A stretch of DNA of 64,000 nucleotides, from positions 1,485 through 65,484 of IMG/VR virus record IMGVR_UViG_3300042502_000594; one strand, written 5' to 3'. Position 1 is the first letter of the stretch. Each line of letters opens with the position of its first letter. The position numbers and the translations under genes were made by a program. Below the pieces are notes generated by a model. That model saw nothing but the letters and a program-made list of their open reading frames with translations. It searched no databases and was not told the DNA's origin. This document shows, piece after piece, positions 37,227 through 46,497 of the stretch. Source of the stretch: a virus. Its lineage: Duplodnaviria; Caudoviricetes.

Positions 37227-37277
37227 AGCCTTTTTTTTACAAATATACACGGAGTCATGAAATATCCAACAAATTCC

Positions 37278-37349
37278 GTAAACTCATAATGGTTGTAAAC
37301 TCATAGTGGTTGGGGTCAATAAACTATAGACTCATCCTGGTTGGGGTCA
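37278..37349. repeat. Three imperfect 17-nt direct repeats, two followed by GGGGTCA
   Basis: GTAAACTCATAATGGTT 37278-37294, GTAAACTCATAGTGGTT 37295-37311, ATAGACTCATCCTGGTT 37326-37342. Confidence 0.8.
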
Positions 37350-37692
37350 CCCCCCACACTGCCCCTGCCCTGTCCCCGTCCCGAAGTCGATTCAGCAAAG
37401 GGGGTGGGGTGCTTGTCTTGCCGCCCCTGTCCATGCCGCGGGTATTTTGTCTCCACCGCGTGTAACAACCGCATTTTTGCGCTGATAGTCAGCACGTTAT
37501 ATTTCGCGTCCCATGCGTGGCGTATTTATGCCAGACCTTTTCGGGGTATTTCAGGCAGTATTTGCCCGTTTCGAGGGGTGCGCGGGGTATGTATTGTTTC
37601 ACGTCCAGGCCGCACATTCTTATTTAGAATGATTCCAGATAAGCATTTCAGCCCGTTTAAAGGCATGTAAACAGCCCGCCTACCGTAGATAC

Positions 37693-37990
37693 TGCCCGCG
37701 TAGATTGCCCGCGTTTATTGGGCTTCCTTGCAGTTGTGGAGGGGTGCGGGGCTTTTGGTTGGGGCAACCCGAGAAAGGGGTTTTTAATCGTGTGTGCGCG
37801 CATGAGTGCCTTAACTGCTCTTTGTCTATTCTCTTACATTCTCTTTGAGTACTTGGGCTATCCGTTGCAGATTTGCCCGCGTGAGGGGTTGCCCTTTCCG
37901 GGTTGCTTCCATGTTTGCCTCGTCTATTTGTTTCCTGTCTCTTTACCCTTGTGAAATACTGCGCGGATCCCTTTGACTATTTGCCCGCGT
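37693..37990 (+). repeat. Four dispersed TGCCCGCGT repeats
   Basis: Exact copies starting at 37693, 37706, 37874 and 37982. Confidence 0.8.
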
Positions 37991-38136
37991 CCAGGCTATC
38001 CGACCAACACAAACCAACACCGTTGAACCCTTCTCAAATATACAACAAAAGCCGGCACGAAAAAAATTTTTTTTCACTTAAATCATTGAAAATGAGCAAG
38101 TTTTATTTAGAATGAGTATAAATAACGGTTAGGGTA

Positions 38137-38166
38137 TTGACAAGAAATAAAGTTAGACTATCTTAG
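38137..38166 (+). promoter_or_regulatory. Probable early promoter
   Basis: TTGACA 38137-38142 and TATCTTAG 38159-38166, ahead of the first small plus-strand gene (ATG 38186). Confidence 0.6.
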
Positions 38167-38185
38167 CCGAAAATTTAGAAACAAC

Positions 38186-38383
38186 ATGAAAAAAGGCATT
38201 CAGTACACACACTATCTAGCGGGCGACATTCTCGAAATTATCAACGGGGCGCACCTTGCAAAAGAGCTGATGAATGAAGGCAGCGCGGAAGCCGCCGAAT
38301 GGCTAAGATACACCATTGAGCGCGCCCAACAACTAAGCGAAAAACTAGCTCGTTTGGATATAATCAACGAAATGAAATACTAA
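38186..38383 (+). CDS. Small early hypothetical protein
   Basis: First ORF after the early promoter; AC-rich leader. Confidence 0.65.
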   Translation: MKKGIQYTHYLAGDILEIINGAHLAKELMNEGSAEAAEWLRYTIERAQQLSEKLARLDIINEMKY

Positions 38384-38407
38384 ACACATCAATAATAAAT
38401 TAACACT

Positions 38408-38698
38408 ATGAGTAACATCGTAACCCCTCAAGATTTTACACGTATCAACAACGACGTAAACGGAAACCCGCGCTATGTGGTACACTTCACCCAACTAGTA
38501 AATGAAGCCGACCGCGAGACCGCGAAGAACTGCGCGCCTCCGTTCGGTTATATTTCGGAACTTTACAGTATAGCCGTAAAAAAGGCCAATAAATTAGGCG
38601 GGCGCAAATACCATACGAAAAGCTACGGCGGCGGCATTGTATTCCAGTCTTACAACCTCGACAACCTGTGCGAACACATCAACAACATCAACAAATAA
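38408..38698 (+). CDS. Conserved small early phage protein
   Basis: FTRINNDVNGNPRYVVHF...GGRKYHTKSYGGGIVFQSYN; function unknown. Confidence 0.7.
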   Translation: MSNIVTPQDFTRINNDVNGNPRYVVHFTQLVNEADRETAKNCAPPFGYISELYSIAVKKANKLGGRKYHTKSYGGGIVFQSYNLDNLCEHINNINK

Positions 38699-38721
38699 CA
38701 ACCTCTTAAAATTTCAACACT

Positions 38722-39015
38722 ATGAAAAACATTTTAGAAATTCACAACGTTAGCGACTCAATAGCATTTTGCGAAGCGCAAGGGCTAGCCATTTGTTTTC
38801 AAGCATACGCCGACGAGTGCGCGGGCGAATCAATTATGAACGTCGGCTTTAATTCAAACAGCGGGTATGTATACATAGCCCTCGAAAATGGTATTTCGAT
38901 ATGCTCAATGTTGGGGCGCGGCGTTGAGTATCTGGTGACCAACTTTGAAGACGGCGAAGAGACGTTTTTAGAAAGTTACAGCGAAGCGGAGCAGTTGCTC
39001 GCTTCAATGTATTAA
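38722..39015 (+). CDS. Acidic early hypothetical protein
   Basis: GFNSNSGYVYIALENG; AC-rich leader. Confidence 0.65.
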   Translation: MKNILEIHNVSDSIAFCEAQGLAICFQAYADECAGESIMNVGFNSNSGYVYIALENGISICSMLGRGVEYLVTNFEDGEETFLESYSEAEQLLASMY

Positions 39016-39091
39016 ACGGGCAATGGTGCACGAGCGGGTTCGATTCCCGCTCCTGTTTCTAAAATTTCAACAACAATAAAAATTCAACATC

Positions 39092-39304
39092 ATGAACACC
39101 AATTTACAAACATTCGAATGCCATGTAAGATTAGCCCAACACAGCAACGGAGGGATAATCTTCGCGGACGTATTCTACACACACACAGGCAACCGATTCG
39201 GAGCCATAAGAAAGGGAATTTTACAAGCCCGCAAATACAACGCTGACGAGGTTAGAAGGGTGAACATCTTGCACCAATATGCCCCTACGTATTTTGAAAT
39301 ATAA
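39092..39304 (+). CDS. Small early hypothetical protein
   Basis: ORF with AC-rich leader. Confidence 0.55.
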   Translation: MNTNLQTFECHVRLAQHSNGGIIFADVFYTHTGNRFGAIRKGILQARKYNADEVRRVNILHQYAPTYFEI

Positions 39305-39324
39305 AAACAAAAATAGACCACCAC

Positions 39325-39492
39325 ATGACACTATCAACCAACACGCAGTGCCTACTATCCAACGGCAAAGTAGGAACATTCAAAGGTTACAAAGAAACAC
39401 CGTCCGGTTTATTGCTTCGGTTCATATACCCCGAACGCGGGCGAATGATAGAGCAGACCTTTTCAAAATACGAAATAATCAAGAAAGTATAA
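39325..39492 (+). CDS. Small early hypothetical protein (55 aa)
   Basis: Hand-translated MTLSTNTQCLLSNGKVGTFKGYKETPSGLLLRFIYPERGRMIEQTFSKYEIIKKV. Confidence 0.55.
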   Translation: MTLSTNTQCLLSNGKVGTFKGYKETPSGLLLRFIYPERGRMIEQTFSKYEIIKKV

Positions 39493-39509
39493 CCAAACAC
39501 AAAAAAGCT

Positions 39510-39785
39510 ATGTATCAGAATTTCAACTTCCAAACTACGTTGGGCAATGTATCGCTAGACCTTTACAAGCCAACCAAAGTGAATTTATGCGGCATAAACT
39601 ACGCGAGCGAGTTACAGGTGCAAGTCTGGACGAACCACGAAGAAACAGCCGGGTATATCGTGTACGCAAGCATTCCCAAAAAAACAGCGAGATACAGCCG
39701 AATCAAAAAACACTACATCGACGAGGCGAGCGCGAAAAAGTACGGTCGTCAGTTAATCAGCGAAATTTTACCAATAATCAAATAA
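39510..39785 (+). CDS. Small early hypothetical protein (91 aa)
   Basis: C-terminal part of track ORF 39279..39785; ATG 39510 has an A-rich leader. Confidence 0.55.
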   Translation: MYQNFNFQTTLGNVSLDLYKPTKVNLCGINYASELQVQVWTNHEETAGYIVYASIPKKTARYSRIKKHYIDEASAKKYGRQLISEILPIIK

Positions 39786-39794
39786 TTCAACACC

Positions 39795-40070
39795 ATGAGC
39801 AACGAAAGATTTGCGCGGATATGCTCCGCAACCAACAAAGGCATGAACGAAGGTTTCCTGTTCGAAGAATCTCTAATGTACTTCATTGAGAAGGAAGACG
39901 CCGAACGCTACGCAATCGAAATTGGCTATACCGACCTAGACGAGGCATACGACGACGGCGCATACTGCTATACCGAATGGGACATTGAAGATGAGGGCGA
40001 GTGGTATGAGAAGCACGAAGGCGAATGGTACGAATGCACAGATGAAGAAAAAGTAAAATACAACCAATAA
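39795..40070 (+). CDS. Highly acidic early protein
   Basis: About 27 D/E in 91 aa by my count; many aromatic residues. Confidence 0.7.
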   Translation: MSNERFARICSATNKGMNEGFLFEESLMYFIEKEDAERYAIEIGYTDLDEAYDDGAYCYTEWDIEDEGEWYEKHEGEWYECTDEEKVKYNQ

Positions 40071-40081
40071 AATTAAAAACC

Positions 40082-40303
40082 ATGTTTCAAGTAACAGTAA
40101 CACGAACAACAACCGGTGAATGTATCTACAATGATGAATTCGCCACCATAGGAAAGGCATACAACCGCTTTGCGGAGTGGTGCGAAGATTATTCATACAT
40201 CATTGAAGAAACAAGCGAGGAAGAATTCAATGCAGGCGGCTTTACTGCCGGGGGTAGGGGCTTCGATTACACAATAGAACTAAAACAAGTAACTCAAGAA
40301 TAA
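40082..40303 (+). CDS. Small acidic early protein
   Basis: ORF with A-rich leader. Confidence 0.6.
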   Translation: MFQVTVTRTTTGECIYNDEFATIGKAYNRFAEWCEDYSYIIEETSEEEFNAGGFTAGGRGFDYTIELKQVTQE

Positions 40304-40327
40304 ACAACAATTAAACACTTCAATACA

Positions 40328-40855
40328 ATGACAACGCAACAACAAAACATCATTGACGCACTAACCGACGAGTTCACACGCATCAACAAGGCGAGTGCAA
40401 CCAAAAAATCATTCAACCTCATCAATGTTGATGCCCTACAAGACAAAACAAGGGCTCAAAAAGAGTTCAAAGAACTCTCAAAGCAAGACCTTGCGACCTG
40501 GCAATTAGCCGCCTACGCTGAAATGGAACGCATTATCGAACTATTAGTAAAAGATTTACCCGACCATGTAAGGGTTGAGAGGTACGATGAGCGCATTGGC
40601 AAGTACAAGTCACCCGAAATACAAATACGACACGAAAGTGTTAGCCCAAGAGCGCATTGCGATGATGTAGTTTCAATTAGAGTGAAGATTGATTTTTGTA
40701 GGAGGTACAATGAATACGAGATGGGTTTTGATTTCGGTAAACGATTATTATACACAACAAGTGAAACAGGCTGCATGAGTGAATTTGATACAATCGAAAA
40801 AGCCGTTAGCCACATAAAATTCCAAGAAGGACTACGCCAAAAAGTATTACGATAA
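40328..40855 (+). CDS. Early hypothetical protein (175 aa)
   Basis: ORF with AC-rich leader. Confidence 0.65.
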   Translation: MTTQQQNIIDALTDEFTRINKASATKKSFNLINVDALQDKTRAQKEFKELSKQDLATWQLAAYAEMERIIELLVKDLPDHVRVERYDERIGKYKSPEIQIRHESVSPRAHCDDVVSIRVKIDFCRRYNEYEMGFDFGKRLLYTTSETGCMSEFDTIEKAVSHIKFQEGLRQKVLR

Positions 40856-40897
40856 TAATTAAACACAACAACAACCAACAAATAAAAAATAAACAAC

Positions 40898-41392
40898 ATG
40901 CCAAACCACGTAATTCACCGCCTGTACATTCATGGCGACAACCAACAAGAAGTTAAATCATTCATTCGCGGAGAAGCAGCGATAGACTTCAACAGGATTA
41001 TTCCAATGCCGGAGGATCTGAATGATACACCCGCCCCGACCCCAATGAAGACCGAAGAGGATATAAAGAAACACCACGAACTGATGCAAAAGTATGGAGT
41101 ATCTAATTGGTACGACTGGAGATTGAGTAATTGGAACACAAAGTGGAATGCCTATAACATAGAAGAAACCGAGCATTACATCCAATTTCAAACCGCATGG
41201 AGCACACCCCTTGCAGTAATTGAAAAGCTCAGTTTGTTATTCCCTGAAAATACCTTTGAGGTATCATTTGCCGACGAAGATTTAGGATATAACTGCGGAA
41301 GCTACATGTATCAAAACGGCGAGCGCATAAGCGAAGAGCAAGGAGACATGGCCTGGGCTTGTGAGCTATGGGAATACGAACTAGAATCGTAA
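40898..41392 (+). CDS. YubB/DUF1281 ferredoxin-like domain protein
   Basis: MPNHV...DFNRIIPMP...WYDWRLSNWNTKWN...FQTAWSTP. Confidence 0.85.
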   Translation: MPNHVIHRLYIHGDNQQEVKSFIRGEAAIDFNRIIPMPEDLNDTPAPTPMKTEEDIKKHHELMQKYGVSNWYDWRLSNWNTKWNAYNIEETEHYIQFQTAWSTPLAVIEKLSLLFPENTFEVSFADEDLGYNCGSYMYQNGERISEEQGDMAWACELWEYELES

Positions 41393-41576
41393 ACAATTAG
41401 CTTACAAACGATGATAAACAAAAAAACAACCGCCCAGATGCTCGATATATATGAGCGAATTGTGGCTGTAATTGCCGCGATAATCTTGATAGTCGTACTA
41501 CTATCATAAATTAACAACCATTAACAAGTGGGTGCAATACTTAGAACTATATTGCACCCACATTTAAAACAACACT

Positions 41577-43240
41577 ATGCAACAATCCAACTTTCACAAC
41601 GTAAGTTTCTTACAATGGATGCGCGATGCATCCTACGAATACAACGCAGAATTCGACGTTAAGGTTTATGAGGACAAAGAAACCGGAATCGTTTACATAG
41701 ACATTCACGACACCTACGACAAAGACAGCTCGAATGTACTTGAATCATTCAGCTACATGGACATGGAAGAAATAGACCAGGACATAGAATGGGCAGAGAA
41801 AGAATTTAACGTAACAATTAACACTATAAAAAATGAGTACTGAAGAAAAAGTAATCAGCCACATCCAACAACAAATCATGGACGAATGGCGGGCAGTCAT
41901 GAAGTATGAAGAGCAACTGAAAAAGCCGGCATGGGAGGGTGACCAAATCATCAAAGACTGCATCGCCAATGCCAAAGACCGCATCGAAATCTATACAATA
42001 ATCCTAAACAAGTTTGAACAATGAACCACGAAGAAATCGACCAAGCAAAAGAGGTGTTACGCAAAGCCGGATACAATGTTGAATCCCTATGGCACGTCCA
42101 AGACGTAACCGATCGGTACGAATGCGATGAGGAAACAGCATACGATATTCTTACCAATGCGCTTGATAGAAGCATTGAAAGAACATTTGATGTCATATCT
42201 GACGAAGCAATGTTTTACGAACTAAAAGAAAAACAACAATGAGATACTTTAATTACGACGATTGGAAACTATCCAACCCCGACGACGACGGGCACTACAC
42301 CGAAGAAACAACCGACCACATTGAGGAGACCATCTTCTTTAAGTATCTGCAAGGGTACAAGGGCAGATTCGCCTACGGCATGATAACCAAGCAAGGTTAC
42401 TGCATAACAATTACCGACTGCCTCAGCATTCCGGCAATAGAAACTGACGAGATTGAGCCGACGCAAACTGAGCAGGATGATGAGATACATAGACTACGAA
42501 TGAACTACAAGGAGTTTACCTTTATTGATCGCTCCGAGTTTATGGGACAGTATCATTTAGCACATGGACACTTAGCAACCATCATCGCAAATGAGACGCG
42601 TAATTGACCAGATAGTATTCAACCTAATGATGTGGCTCTTAAAAGACATTGACAAATGATAATCGACTATCGCACCGGCGACGACATAGTCGCAATCAAA
42701 GACCACTCACAGGGTGTGTTCCTAAAAGGAGATGTGTTCACAGCTATGGCCATGCAAAGGAATGGCTGTGGATGCATCATCCTTGTGGACATCGGATTGA
42801 AAAGTGACAGGCCATTCACCAAGTGTCCTGTATGCGACATGAACGACGAGAAGACCGACAATGTATGGTGGGTAGATGCTCGTGCGTTTCGTAAGCTACT
42901 GACTAAATCGGAGGAAGCAGACCTCGCAGATGTGCTCGCTGAGGTGTTCGCTGAAGAACTAAATAGTCTTAATTAGACTAAGATTAACTGATACCATTGA
43001 AGTTACACTATATTTGCAATCTAAATGACAAAGCTATTTAAAACCAAAGACGGGTATGAAGTTGTAAAAAGTTCGCGTGACGTTTATGCAATCATAGGCA
43101 AGCGCGTGAAGTACATAGGCAAGGTCTCGCCCAGTTACCAGTCGAGCGGAAGGCTGCTCAAGAATATACCAAACGAAATCAAATCAATCTTTTTTAACAT
43201 TCAACGAAATGAATTGGAATCTACAACAACTATGGAATGA
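41577..43240 (+). other. Run of six small hypothetical genes (41577-41843, 41833-42024, 42021-42242, 42239-42607, 42656-42976, 43025-43240)
   Basis: Co-oriented, mostly overlapping ORFs; several acidic; 42656 has CGC and CPVC zinc-ribbon-like cysteines. Confidence 0.6.
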
Positions 43241-44204
43241 ATGCGTTTATTCCCAACAACGTGCGCTAGAGCCACGAGACTACTGCTATGCATCGGAAAT
43301 CGGTCAGCCCCTCGTTGACCGTTATCTCAAGATGAAAGCGGTTACACCAACCAACCCACCAAACATGAGAAGCCTCCGCAAGTTCGAGGCGGGTAACCTT
43401 GTCGAATGGGTAGTACGCTATGTGTTAGAACGTGCTGGCCTGATCAACAATACACAAGAGCGTGTTATGGTCGAGTACCCGAACATGCTCAAGGTATCGG
43501 GTCGATTAGACTTCCTTGCGGGCGGCAAGATTGACATCGAACGTGCCAAGCAAGACATCACATCCTCGCACCTCCCGGAGTCTATCCAAGCATCCTCCCT
43601 GTACATCGCGGAGAAACTACATGAGAAGTTTGGTGACAAGGAATTAGAGAAGAAGGTTCTCGAAATCAAGTCATGCTCATCATTCGTGATGGACATGATG
43701 GAGAAGACAGAGAAACCCATCAAGCACCACAGACTCCAACTATTCCACTACATGAAGGGATTGGGTTTGAACGGTGAACTCGTGTACATCTGCAAGGATG
43801 ACCTACGGATGATGTGTTTCCAATACGAGCCGTCGGCTGAACTTGAAGCTGAGTACCTCGCAGACCTTGAGAAGATAACGCACCACTTCAACACATCCAC
43901 TCGTCCGCCACTTGAGAAACACATCGTGGTCGAAGACGGCAAGTTCAAAAAGAATTTCGGAATCGAATACTCCAATTACCTCAAGTTCCTGTACGACTTC
44001 GAGGAGCCACGCGACTACGCTGACTCAGTTAAGTCCCAGGTTGCACGCTGGACTCGTGTGGTTGCCCGCTACGCTAAGGGCGACAAGATAACTCCAAAGA
44101 ACGAGGAAGTACGTGCTGAGATCGAAGCAGCCGGATACAACTTTAATCAAATCGTAGAACAAGCCAAGAAGTTTGGCGTAACTGAAGAAGAAGAAGAAAT
44201 TTAA
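43209..44204 (+). CDS. PD-(D/E)xK exonuclease (Cas4/RecB-like)
   Basis: YASEIG, VSGRLDF, LEIKS and HRLQLFHYM motifs. Confidence 0.8.
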   Translation: MNWNLQQLWNECVYSQQRALEPRDYCYASEIGQPLVDRYLKMKAVTPTNPPNMRSLRKFEAGNLVEWVVRYVLERAGLINNTQERVMVEYPNMLKVSGRLDFLAGGKIDIERAKQDITSSHLPESIQASSLYIAEKLHEKFGDKELEKKVLEIKSCSSFVMDMMEKTEKPIKHHRLQLFHYMKGLGLNGELVYICKDDLRMMCFQYEPSAELEAEYLADLEKITHHFNTSTRPPLEKHIVVEDGKFKKNFGIEYSNYLKFLYDFEEPRDYADSVKSQVARWTRVVARYAKGDKITPKNEEVRAEIEAAGYNFNQIVEQAKKFGVTEEEEEI

Positions 44205-44216
44205 TAATCAAACCAA

Positions 44217-44435
44217 ATGAAAATACAAATCGACACCAAATTCTCCGTAGGAGACACAATCTTTTTCATCGATGATGACAAGATTAAATTCGCAGTAATC
44301 TACAAGATGGAAATTACTATCGAAGAACACGAACACAGAACGTATCTATTTGCGAGAGACCAAGACAGAAACGTATCGGTAGTTCCGGAAAGAAGAGCAT
44401 TCATATCAAGAGAACAACTAATCCAATCACTATGA
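44217..44435 (+). CDS. Hypothetical phage protein
   Basis: MKIQIDTKFSVGD...FISREQLIQSL. Confidence 0.65.
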   Translation: MKIQIDTKFSVGDTIFFIDDDKIKFAVIYKMEITIEEHEHRTYLFARDQDRNVSVVPERRAFISREQLIQSL

Positions 44436-44665
44436 GAATCCAAATAGAAAAGAACGTACCAGCTCCCAAGCACAGTACAAGATCGGGCAAGTACCCATTC
44501 AAGGACATGGTAGTGGGAGATTCATTCTTCATTACGGATGAAAACCCAGAGCCCATACGCAAGAAGATATCAGCAGCCGCTTGTATGTTCTGCAAGAAGA
44601 ATGACAAATATAAATTCAAGACTCAGGTCTTAGATACCGGAGTCAGGGTATGGAGGGTACAATGA
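44432..44665 (+). CDS. Small putative DNA-binding phage protein
   Basis: IEKNVPAP...KYPFKDMVVGDSFF...GVRVWRV. Confidence 0.7.
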   Translation: MRIQIEKNVPAPKHSTRSGKYPFKDMVVGDSFFITDENPEPIRKKISAAACMFCKKNDKYKFKTQVLDTGVRVWRVQ

Positions 44666-45096
44666 AACACAACGCAGTAATCACACCACAGGGGGCATTG
44701 CGAATCTACAATCGCCCCCTCTTCGAAGAGGACGTCAGAGCGATGTCCCGTGAGACGGACTTGGCTGTGACCATCGAAGTCAAACTGAAGAAGCGGTTCC
44801 GGTCGGACGTGCAGAACGCATACTATTGGGGCGTGGTAGTGGCCATGATATCGCAGAGACTACGCGAGCTTGGACACGACGTCGACCGAGACCTCACGCA
44901 TGAGTTCCTCAAGGGAAGGTTTCTCTATACTGAGTTCACAGACCCGACATCCGGTGAAGTCATGAAGATTCCACGCAAGACGTCGGAGCTTGCAACGGAA
45001 GAGTTTATGGAATACGTCGAACACGTCAAGCAGTTTGCTGCTGAGACGTTGGACATTTATATTCCCGACCCAAATGAGCAACTTGAGATAGGTTAA
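44650..45096 (+). CDS. NinB/Orf-like recombination protein
   Basis: RSDVQNAYYWG...HEFLK...TSELATEEFMEYVE...IPDP. Confidence 0.7.
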   Translation: MEGTMKHNAVITPQGALRIYNRPLFEEDVRAMSRETDLAVTIEVKLKKRFRSDVQNAYYWGVVVAMISQRLRELGHDVDRDLTHEFLKGRFLYTEFTDPTSGEVMKIPRKTSELATEEFMEYVEHVKQFAAETLDIYIPDPNEQLEIG

Positions 45097-45296
45097 ACCT
45101 TGGACTCATTCAAAAGAAAAGACAGAGAAAAGAAACAAGTCAAGAAGAAACCTAAAGAGAAGAAAAGAAAAAGCCTCCCCCCGTGAAAAACAAACTACCC
45201 CGCCCCACAAAGGGGCAGCTACCCGATCCAACATACTCGCGTATGAAGTTTGCCTCTTGCACCGACAGGGCTGATTCGGATAGGTGGGAAACGGGT

Positions 45297-45412
45297 AAAA
45301 AAAAAGCCCTCGTCTGGTACGTCCGAGGGCAATTTTGGCATGAGAATTAGATTTCTCAATTCCCACATTGCACTGGTACCAGACACTGCAATGTGAGAAC
45401 GCAACAAAAGTA
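45297..45412 (-). ncRNA. Structured RNA (kissing-loop element 2)
   Basis: Minus strand: TACTTTTG promoter 45412-45405; hairpin TTCTCACATTGCA/TGCAATGTGGGAA with loop containing GTCTGGTAC; small hairpin TGAGAA/TTCTCA; terminator GCCCTCG-GACGTACCAGA-CGAGGGC-T9. Confidence 0.7.
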
Positions 45413-45480
45413 TGGCTACAAAAATGTAAAAGTCAAAAAAAATAATTGCATAAAAACAACACATAAGTTATCTTTGTAAA

Positions 45481-45747
45481 ATGAAAACAACATCTTTAAC
45501 AATTTTAATCGCGCTATCCCTACTTGCATGCAAGAAAGAGGAGCAACCGGAACCCGCACAACCAACACAACAATGTAACTGCGGGACTATCGCTAACGAC
45601 GGCATCGACTCGGCCACCAACTGCTACTGGTTGGAGATACGAAACGAATGCTCCGGCAACAAGAAGAAGTTCTGCTTTGACCAAGACGTTTGGACAAACA
45701 ACTTTGTCGGCGACAGATTCTGTGTAACTAACGTAACATCTTGGTGA
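45481..45747 (+). CDS. Small Cys-rich lipoprotein
   Basis: Signal peptide with lipobox LLAC followed by KKEE; six further Cys; TATCTTTG box 4 nt upstream. Confidence 0.75.
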   Translation: MKTTSLTILIALSLLACKKEEQPEPAQPTQQCNCGTIANDGIDSATNCYWLEIRNECSGNKKKFCFDQDVWTNNFVGDRFCVTNVTSW

Positions 45748-45750
45748 ACA

Positions 45751-45984
45751 ATGAACCTACCAATGTTTGAAAAAGACAAGGCGAACCACGCCATCTACGG
45801 TGTGGTAATCTATGGACTATCTTCCATCCTAATCACGCCTATATTCTCCTTAATCGCGGTGTTTACCACAGCGGTAGCAAAGGAGCTGTATGACAACTAC
45901 AACGGCAAGAGGTTCAGCTATGGAGACATCATGGCGACCCAGGCCGGTGGGATAATCGGGTTCTTGATATCAATTATTAACTAA
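45751..45984 (+). CDS. Small membrane protein (DKxxH motif)
   Basis: DKANHAIYG...AKELYD...FSYGDIMAT with hydrophobic helices. Confidence 0.65.
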   Translation: MNLPMFEKDKANHAIYGVVIYGLSSILITPIFSLIAVFTTAVAKELYDNYNGKRFSYGDIMATQAGGIIGFLISIIN

Positions 45985-45997
45985 AACAATTTGACGA

Positions 45998-46497
45998 ATG
46001 AAACAACAAACAGCAGTAGAGTGGTTAATTAAAGAATTAGAATCATATGGTGATCCACAATTTTGTAAAATAGAATGGGAAACATTAGATTTACTAATAC
46101 AACAAGCCAAAGCAATGGAGAAGGAGCAGATTATGAATGCTTACTTAGAAGGAGAATCAGATGCTGACCACTCCGATGATTCGGCATTACGATTTTACAA
46201 CGAAACATACGGAGGTGACAAATGAATGAACAAACCGCAGTAGAATGGCTAGTGGAACAAGTCAACAGCGACTGCCTAAACTCCACGTTTATCAGGCCAG
46301 AGCTGATCAGGAAGGCCAAGGCAATGGAACGCGAACAGATTGAGGGCGCGTTCAATTCGGGTACTAACTTTGACGCATACAGGCCGAACTGCCCCGCAGG
46401 TTACGCCTATTACGAGGCGATGTACGAGAAGCGTAAGGTTATGATGGGTGACCTAAAGGATTTCTTTAACTTTAGCAAATACAAGAAAAAGAAATGA
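45998..46497 (+). other. Two tandem paralogous small genes (45998-46225, 46222-46497)
   Basis: Both carry QTAVEWL...AKAME(K/R)EQI. Confidence 0.75.

Noticed and set aside
37278-37349. CRISPR-like mini-array
   Set aside because: Repeats are 17 nt, imperfect and adjacent or nearly so, with no spacer-length unique sequences.
37341-38115. Plus-strand ORFs 37341, 37718, 37903
   Set aside because: TTG starts, no A-rich leaders, atypical composition; they lie in the repeat-rich noncoding region.
39014-39058. tRNA gene
   Set aside because: Only a T-arm and short closing stem; no D or anticodon arm and no CCA.
39279-39785. Single 168-aa ORF from the track
   Set aside because: Better explained as two genes (39325-39492 and 39510-39785), each with a proper A-rich leader.
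43209-44204. CRISPR-associated Cas4
   Set aside because: No Fe-S cysteine set, other cas genes or array; a generic phage PD-(D/E)xK nuclease.
45106-45464. Minus-strand ORFs 45106..45366 and 45219..45464
   Set aside because: They cross hairpins, a terminator and a low-complexity tract; an RNA explanation fits better, though a peptide is not excluded.
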